Of a stretch of DNA of 48,446 nt, positions 42,495-48,446 are shown one piece after another (the stretch's first letter is position 1; each line of letters begins with the position of its first letter). The notes beneath the pieces were generated by a model, which saw only the letters and a list, made by a program, of their open reading frames with translations, made no database searches and was not told the origin of the DNA. The stretch is taken from the sequence record SRR22947725_2636. One strand, 5' to 3'. The translations under genes and the position numbers were made by a program.

Positions 42495-44785
42495 ATAAAA
42501 TTAAAAAAGTTGGCGTCATTGGCGCCGGAACAATGGGGGCTGGTATTGCTGGCCAAGTAGCAAACGCTGGCATAGAAGTGTGGCTTCTTGATCTTCCTTC
42601 TGATAGCGATAATGTTAACAGCTTAGCGGAGAGAGGCCTTCAAAGGCTCAAAGACCCAGATATGCCAGGGATTATGAGCAAAGAGGCCGAACAGCTTATT
42701 AATCTTGGAAACACCAGAGATCATTTTGATGAACTCAAAAATTGTGACTGGATTGCTGAAGCTGTTGTAGAAAGGCTTGATATAAAACAAGCTCTCTATC
42801 GGCAGCTTAATGAAAGCTGTAAAGACTCTACCATAATTACTTCTAATACCTCTACTATTCCGATTAGTCTTCTGACTGAAGGCATGCCAAAAAGCTTTTG
42901 TGAGCGTTTTGCAATTACTCATTTTTTTAATCCAGTTCGCTTCATGAGACTTCTAGAGCTAGTTCGAGGTGAGCAAACTAGACAAGACGTTATGGACACA
43001 CTTGATGTATTTTGTGAAACGATGCTTGGAAAGGGGGTTGTCCCTTGTCTCGATACGCCTGGCTTTCTTGCAAATCGAGTTGGTGTTTTTGCAATTCAGT
43101 GCGCCCTTCATAAGGCATTTAAATATAATCTCTCCCCAATAGAAGCGGATGCTTTTTTTGGAAGGCCCCTTGGTTTACCCAAAACTGGAGTATTTGGACT
43201 TTATGACTTGATTGGCATCGACCTTATGGCTGATGTTGCAAAAAGCCTGGAAAATATCTTGCCCGAAAACGATGCTTTTCATAAATACGCATCGCCAATA
43301 GAGTTCGTCTCTAACATGATTGCTAATGGCCAAACTGGGAATAAAAATGAACAGGGTTTTTATAAGCAGGCTGGAGATGAAAAAAAGGTTATCGACTTTT
43401 TAAGTGGAGACTATGTTGATCATGAGAGACTGAAAACACCTTTGTTGGAAAAGGCGGAAAAAGTTGGTGTAACTGCAATTATCAGCGATGAAAGTAAATA
43501 CGGCCTCTTCATTTGGGAGGTTCTCTCTGAGACTTTATGCTATGCGGCCTCATTAGTGCCAGAAGTTACTGAAGATCTTGCCCAAATTGATGATGCTATG
43601 AAGCTTGGCTATAACTGGGTTAAAGGGCCATTTGAACTTATTGATGAGATAGGTATCGATTACTTGGTCAACAGGCTTAAAAAAAGTGGCAAAGATGTAC
43701 CTGACTTCCTTTTAAGTAGCTCAAACAATAAGTTTTATAATACTACCAATTCAGTCTTAAGTGTTCTATCTCCATCTGGAAAGCTTAGCCCAATTTTTAG
43801 GCCAAAAGGTGTTCTTAGGTTCTCTGAAGCAAGACAAACACTAGTGCCCATCAATGTTAATGAGTCTGCTAGTTGGTTTGAATATGAGGGTGCGGCCATA
43901 GTCGAGTTTCATTCAAAAGCAAATGCACTTGACAGTCAAAGCTTAGATATGATTTCTGACGCAGTTACTTACTCAGAGAAAAAAGGACTTAGAGGTGTAA
44001 TAGTACACAATGACTTTCAGCATTTTTCTTGTGGTGTTAGCCTTTGGAGTGTTAGAGAATGCTTTGAAAAAAATGATTTCGATGGGCTTGATGCCTTTCT
44101 TACCTATTTTCAAAATACAATGCTTCAAATGAGAGACTCGAAACTTCCTGTTATTGCTGCGCCAGTAGGTATGTCTATCGGAGGTGGATTTGAAGTTGTG
44201 TTGCATGCTGACCATGTAGTAAGCCACGCCAACTCTGTGATGGGCCTAGTTGAGTCTTTTGTTGGAGTTGTGCCAGCAGGAGGTGGGTGTAAAGAAATGC
44301 TTTATCGATGGACTGAAAAATTAAATGATACGCAAAAAGGGGCTTGGAAATCATTTATGAATATAGGCCTGGGTAGAAAAGCTAACTCGCCTCAAGAGGC
44401 TGATGCATTAGCTATGCGAAGGGCTGATGATGTATTTCAGATGAATCGTGATCGAATTTTAAATATTGCCCTTTCAAAACTTGACGACACAAAAAAAGCT
44501 AGCCAAAGGAGCCCACTTGCCTTATCAGGCGCTGAGCACTTCAAAGAAATGCTAGAATGGCTTGAGGTTAACAACAAAAAAGGAATGCTTACACCGCATG
44601 ATGTCACTGTTGGAACCGAGATTGGCCGAATAATGTCTGGAGGTGACTGCCCAGCAGGCACTGTTTTTTCTGAACAGGAAATTTTAGATGCTGAGCGCTC
44701 TTCTTTTATCACTCTTGCGCAAACTCAAGAAACTCAAGCAAGAATTGTGTCCATGCTAGATAATGGCGTTACTCTAAGAAATTAA
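42491..44785 (+). CDS. 3-hydroxyacyl-CoA dehydrogenase / enoyl-CoA hydratase fusion (FadN-like domain order)
   Basis: GAGTMGAGIA, EAVVE, SNTS, HFFNP in the N-terminal HAD domain; GGGFE and LVE..VG..PAGGG in the C-terminal crotonase domain. Confidence 0.92.
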   Translation: MNKIKKVGVIGAGTMGAGIAGQVANAGIEVWLLDLPSDSDNVNSLAERGLQRLKDPDMPGIMSKEAEQLINLGNTRDHFDELKNCDWIAEAVVERLDIKQALYRQLNESCKDSTIITSNTSTIPISLLTEGMPKSFCERFAITHFFNPVRFMRLLELVRGEQTRQDVMDTLDVFCETMLGKGVVPCLDTPGFLANRVGVFAIQCALHKAFKYNLSPIEADAFFGRPLGLPKTGVFGLYDLIGIDLMADVAKSLENILPENDAFHKYASPIEFVSNMIANGQTGNKNEQGFYKQAGDEKKVIDFLSGDYVDHERLKTPLLEKAEKVGVTAIISDESKYGLFIWEVLSETLCYAASLVPEVTEDLAQIDDAMKLGYNWVKGPFELIDEIGIDYLVNRLKKSGKDVPDFLLSSSNNKFYNTTNSVLSVLSPSGKLSPIFRPKGVLRFSEARQTLVPINVNESASWFEYEGAAIVEFHSKANALDSQSLDMISDAVTYSEKKGLRGVIVHNDFQHFSCGVSLWSVRECFEKNDFDGLDAFLTYFQNTMLQMRDSKLPVIAAPVGMSIGGGFEVVLHADHVVSHANSVMGLVESFVGVVPAGGGCKEMLYRWTEKLNDTQKGAWKSFMNIGLGRKANSPQEADALAMRRADDVFQMNRDRILNIALSKLDDTKKASQRSPLALSGAEHFKEMLEWLEVNNKKGMLTPHDVTVGTEIGRIMSGGDCPAGTVFSEQEILDAERSSFITLAQTQETQARIVSMLDNGVTLRN

Positions 44786-44796
44786 CAGTTAAGACT

Positions 44797-46410
44797 ATGA
44801 ATAAAAATCCTGCTAATTTTGTACCCCTTACTCCTATCTCTTTTTTACATAGAACTGCAGATATCTATGGAGAGCATCAGTCTGTTCTCTATGAAAATAG
44901 GTCTTATACCTGGGGAGAATCTAGAGAGAGGTGTGTTCGAATTGCCTCCAGTCTAAATGGTCATGGTGTCATGCCAGGAGACACCGTTTCAGTGCTCGCA
45001 TTCAATACACCAGAAATGTTTGAGTCCCATTTTTCAATTCCTATGGCGGGCGCAATTCTAAACACGATAAATATCAGGCTTGATGCTCCAACTATCGCTT
45101 ATATTTTTGATGATAGCAATGCAAAAATGCTCTTTGTTGATAGAGAGCTTTATAGTGTTGCCTCAGAGGCACTAGCTATAGCCTCAGTTAGTCCAAAGAT
45201 AGTTGTAATAAATGATTCTTTTGCCAGCTCACAGCCGGACGTCTCTAGTGAAGCAATAGACTATGAATCTCTTGTTAAAAATGGAGACCCTCTTTATAGC
45301 TGGACAATGCCCAGCGATGAGTGGAGCCCGCTCTCACTTAGCTACACCTCTGGAACAACAGGTAAGCCCAAGGGCGTGGTTTATCATCACCGTGGTTCGT
45401 ATTTAATGAGCATGGGCACTGTTGTTGGCTGGAACCTTCCTAACCATCCTGTTTACTTATATTCTGTTCCATTATTTCATTGCAATGGTTGGGGACATGC
45501 CTGGACAATGGCCGCTCTTGCTGGGACCATAGTTTGCCTCAGGTCTTTTGATCCTGAAAAAGTATTTAGTTTGCTTGATGAGCACCGAGTCACTCATTTT
45601 GGCGGGGCTCCAATAATGCTTAATATGCTTGCCAACGCCCCTAAAGAGATAAAAAAATCATTTAAAAGAGAAATCAAGGTAATGACTGCTGGCGCCCCAC
45701 CTCCCGCGAAAGTTTTAGAAAGCATGATGTCGTTAGGATTTAACGTTATGCATGTCTATGGGCTGACAGAAACATATGGACATATTCTTCAAGCAGCTCC
45801 TCAGGCATCATGGCTCAATGAAAGTCCAGCAGAGCTTGCCAAACTAAGCTCCAGGCAGGGTGTTAGGTTTCCGATGACTGAAGATGTTAGTGTAATCGAT
45901 CAAGAGACTGGTGAGCGCGTTCCTCACAACGGTGAAGCTATTGGTGAAATTGTGATTCGCTGCAATACTTGCATGATGGGCTACTGGAATAATCTTAAAG
46001 CCACAGAGGAGGCGTTTGCTAACGGCTGGTTTCATAGTGGTGACTTGGCAGTAATTCATAATGATGGCTATATCCAAATCAAGGATAGGTCAAAAGATAT
46101 TATCATTTCGGGTGGCGAAAATATTTCCTCAGTAGAGGTCGAAAATGTTCTTTACCAGCACCCCTCAGTTGGAGAGGCTGCAGTTGTTGCAATGTCAGAT
46201 GAAAAATGGGGAGAAGTGCCCTGTGCTTTTGTCGAGCTTAAGCCCAATGAAGAGGCATCTGAAGACGAGTTAATTGCTTTTTGCAAAGATAACATGGCTA
46301 AATTTAAAAGGCCAAAAAAAGTTGTTTTTGGCTCGCTTCCAAAAACTGCAACGGGCAAAATTCAGAAGCACGAATTAAGGGCGGCTATTAAAAAACTAGG
46401 AGAAGAGTGA
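44797..46410 (+). CDS. dmdB: Short-chain acyl-CoA synthetase, DmdB-like (3-methylmercaptopropionyl-CoA ligase family)
   Basis: ANFVPLTP.SFL, YTSGTTGKPKGV, PLFHCNGW, YGLTE, WFHSGD, IISGGENISS.EVE, PKTATGKIQK; substrate inferred from context. Confidence 0.65.
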   Translation: MNKNPANFVPLTPISFLHRTADIYGEHQSVLYENRSYTWGESRERCVRIASSLNGHGVMPGDTVSVLAFNTPEMFESHFSIPMAGAILNTINIRLDAPTIAYIFDDSNAKMLFVDRELYSVASEALAIASVSPKIVVINDSFASSQPDVSSEAIDYESLVKNGDPLYSWTMPSDEWSPLSLSYTSGTTGKPKGVVYHHRGSYLMSMGTVVGWNLPNHPVYLYSVPLFHCNGWGHAWTMAALAGTIVCLRSFDPEKVFSLLDEHRVTHFGGAPIMLNMLANAPKEIKKSFKREIKVMTAGAPPPAKVLESMMSLGFNVMHVYGLTETYGHILQAAPQASWLNESPAELAKLSSRQGVRFPMTEDVSVIDQETGERVPHNGEAIGEIVIRCNTCMMGYWNNLKATEEAFANGWFHSGDLAVIHNDGYIQIKDRSKDIIISGGENISSVEVENVLYQHPSVGEAAVVAMSDEKWGEVPCAFVELKPNEEASEDELIAFCKDNMAKFKRPKKVVFGSLPKTATGKIQKHELRAAIKKLGEE

Positions 46411-48164
46411 TGTCAAACTATACTGCTCCCGTTGAAGATATGGGCTTTGTTTTAAAAGAGGTTGTTGAGATTGAAAAGCTTTGCAATGAAACTGGGCTTG
46501 ATAGCTCAACAGCTGAAATAATTGATACTGTTTTAGATGCTGCTGGTAAGCTTGCCAAAGAAGAAATAGAGCCCATCAATAAGTCTGGTGACTCAGAAGG
46601 CCTAAAGATAGATGACTCAGGAAAAGTCACAACTGCAGCTGGCTTTAAGGAGGCCTACCGACACTTTGTTGAAGGAGGCTGGGGATCACTGCAATTCTCC
46701 CCTGAATATGGGGGCCAAGGCGTCCCGTTTGTTGTTGCTGCAAGTGTTCAAGAAATGTGGCATTCTGCTAATATGTCATGGGGCCTATGCCCTCTTCTTA
46801 CACAAGGAGCAGTTGAGGCTATCACACTCAATGCGACTGAAGATCTCAAACAACGCTACCTTCCAAAACTAATCTCTGGAGAATGGAGCGGCACAATGAA
46901 CCTTACGGAGGGTGATGCTGGAACTGATGTTGGCTCACTTAAAACGCGTGCAACTCAGAATGGAGAGCACTATTTAATCCGTGGTCAAAAAATTTATATC
47001 ACCTGGGGTGAGCATGATATGTCTGAAAATATCATTCATTTGGTCTTAGCCCGACTACCAAATGCTCCCGATGGAATTAAAGGCATTTCACTATTTTTAG
47101 TGCCAAAAATACTGGTTAATGATGATGGCACTCTTGGAAAGCCAAACGACTTAAAGGCATTGTCAATTGAACATAAAATTGGCATTCATGCATGCCCTAC
47201 ATGTGTCATGAGCTATGGCGAAATAGATGGGGCAGTTGGCTACCTGGTGGGTGAAGAGAATAAAGGAATACAGTGCATGTTCACAATGATGAACAACGCA
47301 AGACTTACTGTAGGCCTTCAAGGAGTTTCAATTTCAGAACGGGCATACCAGCAAGCACTTAGTTTTTGCAATGAGCGTGTTCAAGGCGTTGCCCCTGGCT
47401 TCACAGATATTGGCCCTATTATTAGGCATCCAGATGTTCAAAGAATGTTAGCTAATATGAAGTCAATCACACAGGGCTCTCGTGTATTAACATATGCAGC
47501 TTGTGCAGAGGTAGACTACTCTTTAAGCAAGCTTCCACTCGAGAACCTAGAAAAACACGAAAGGAGGCTTGGACTGTTGACCCCAATAGTTAAGGGCTGG
47601 TGCACAGAGACTGCTCAGGAGGTTGCCTCTTTAAGTCTCCAGTGCCATGGAGGAATGGGCTATGTTGAGGAAACGGGTATTGCTCAAATCCTAAGAGATG
47701 CGCGAATTTTGCCAATTTATGAGGGGACAAATGGCATTCAAGCGATGGATCTTGTGGGCAGAAAGATTATTAGTGATGGTGGATTGGGCGCCCGAGAGCT
47801 AATTTCAGAGATGAAAGAATGTATTAAAAATCCAGCAATTGCGGAGTTAGTTTCTGTCTCTCAGTTAAAACGCTTTTCAAAATCTATTGATGACCTAGAC
47901 AGCACTATTACAATTATTCTAAATCACTCAGACAATAAAGAGCTAGTTGGAAAAATTGCCTTTGATACGCTCATGATGGCTGGCACAATTACAGCGTCTT
48001 GGCAGATGCTATTAAGTCTTGATAGAGCATCAAATGCCGTGAATAATCATAAATCTTCAGCTGAGTTTTTAAAAGAGAAGGCTGACACTGTAAAGCATTT
48101 TATTGACTTTATCTTGCCTCGATATCTCTCGAGCTTTACAACGATATCCGCGAGCGCCGAGTAA
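46410..48164 (+). CDS. dmdC: Acyl-CoA dehydrogenase, DmdC-like long form
   Basis: Y.APV.DM.F.L, GTMNLTE, KIYITWGEHDM.ENIIHLVLAR, MF.MMN.ARL, IYEGTNGIQAMDL (catalytic Glu); ATG 46410 follows a GGAG SD. Confidence 0.68.
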   Translation: MSNYTAPVEDMGFVLKEVVEIEKLCNETGLDSSTAEIIDTVLDAAGKLAKEEIEPINKSGDSEGLKIDDSGKVTTAAGFKEAYRHFVEGGWGSLQFSPEYGGQGVPFVVAASVQEMWHSANMSWGLCPLLTQGAVEAITLNATEDLKQRYLPKLISGEWSGTMNLTEGDAGTDVGSLKTRATQNGEHYLIRGQKIYITWGEHDMSENIIHLVLARLPNAPDGIKGISLFLVPKILVNDDGTLGKPNDLKALSIEHKIGIHACPTCVMSYGEIDGAVGYLVGEENKGIQCMFTMMNNARLTVGLQGVSISERAYQQALSFCNERVQGVAPGFTDIGPIIRHPDVQRMLANMKSITQGSRVLTYAACAEVDYSLSKLPLENLEKHERRLGLLTPIVKGWCTETAQEVASLSLQCHGGMGYVEETGIAQILRDARILPIYEGTNGIQAMDLVGRKIISDGGLGARELISEMKECIKNPAIAELVSVSQLKRFSKSIDDLDSTITIILNHSDNKELVGKIAFDTLMMAGTITASWQMLLSLDRASNAVNNHKSSAEFLKEKADTVKHFIDFILPRYLSSFTTISASAE

Positions 48165-48184
48165 TTATTAACAACAAAGTTGTT

Positions 48185-48216
48185 GCAATACTATTGCGTT
48201 TACGTTATATTATTCT
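48185..48216 (+). promoter_or_regulatory. Two Zur/Fur-family-like boxes
   Basis: GCAAT-ACT-ATTGC palindrome (48185-48197) and GTTAT-ATT-ATTCT (48204-48216), compared with Zur core GTTAT-N3-ATAAC; upstream of a His-rich exported protein. Confidence 0.5.
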
Positions 48217-48239
48217 GTTTTAATCAAGCAGGGACTCAT

Positions 48240-48446
48240 ATGTTTAAACTTAGCTTTCTATCTTTACTGTTAGTTTCTTCCTTCGCAAGTGCTGAAGAGG
48301 CAAGACGTGCTAACGCGCATGTCCACGAACTAAACAACTTATCAATGGTTATCAGTCAAAACCAAGTTGCTATTACCTATGAAATGCCAATAGTCCAATT
48401 ATTTGATGAGCATGATGAGCATGATGAACATGATGAACATGACGAG
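48240..48446 (+). CDS. Exported His-rich metal-binding protein, ZrgA/DUF2796-like (partial, runs off window)
   Basis: Manual translation MFKLSFLSLLLVSSFASA-EEARRANAHVHELNNLSMVI...YEMPIVQLFDEHDEHDEHDEHDE; signal peptide and AHVH motif; not in the ORF track. Confidence 0.75.
   Translation, partial: MFKLSFLSLLLVSSFASAEEARRANAHVHELNNLSMVISQNQVAITYEMPIVQLFDEHDEHDEHDEHDE
48405..48446 (+). repeat. 9-bp tandem repeat GATGARCAT encoding (DEH)n
   Basis: At least 4.7 units, truncated by the window end. Confidence 0.9.

Overview
AT-rich, gene-dense chromosomal segment of a streamlined gammaproteobacterium. The gene set and style suggest a marine SUP05/Thioglobaceae-like organism; this is inference, not a database result. 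Most of the window is housekeeping: trpB'-trpF-topA-smg, rpmH-rnpA-yidD-yidC-kdsC-ogt, the complete atpIBEFHAGDC operon, recN-nadK/grpE, dsbD, accBC-argC-erpA-gltA-ubiEJB and rplY-pth-ychF-gpmI-rpe. Two accessory blocks stand out. (1) An insert of about 9 kb between grpE and dsbD carries a pseudoazurin-like protein, a secreted protein with internal repeats, and a five-gene operon resembling the trigonelline (N-methylnicotinate) degradation genes tgnDABC plus a CMD-like gene. This operon has no regulator in the window, but its leader can fold into an H-type pseudoknot covering part of the SD of a 13-codon uORF that overlaps the first gene (candidate novel riboswitch). (2) A metY / alpha-beta hydrolase / FadN-like / DmdB-like / DmdC-like operon with no thiolase looks like a module converting methylmercaptopropionate (DMSP-derived) sulfur to methionine. 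Also noted: a DnaA box at the smg/rpmH divergence with no dnaA, a Bacteroidetes-style TopA, an L25 leader RNA, and a partial His-rich ZrgA-like gene behind Zur-like boxes. No rRNA, tRNA, CRISPR array or transposase was seen.
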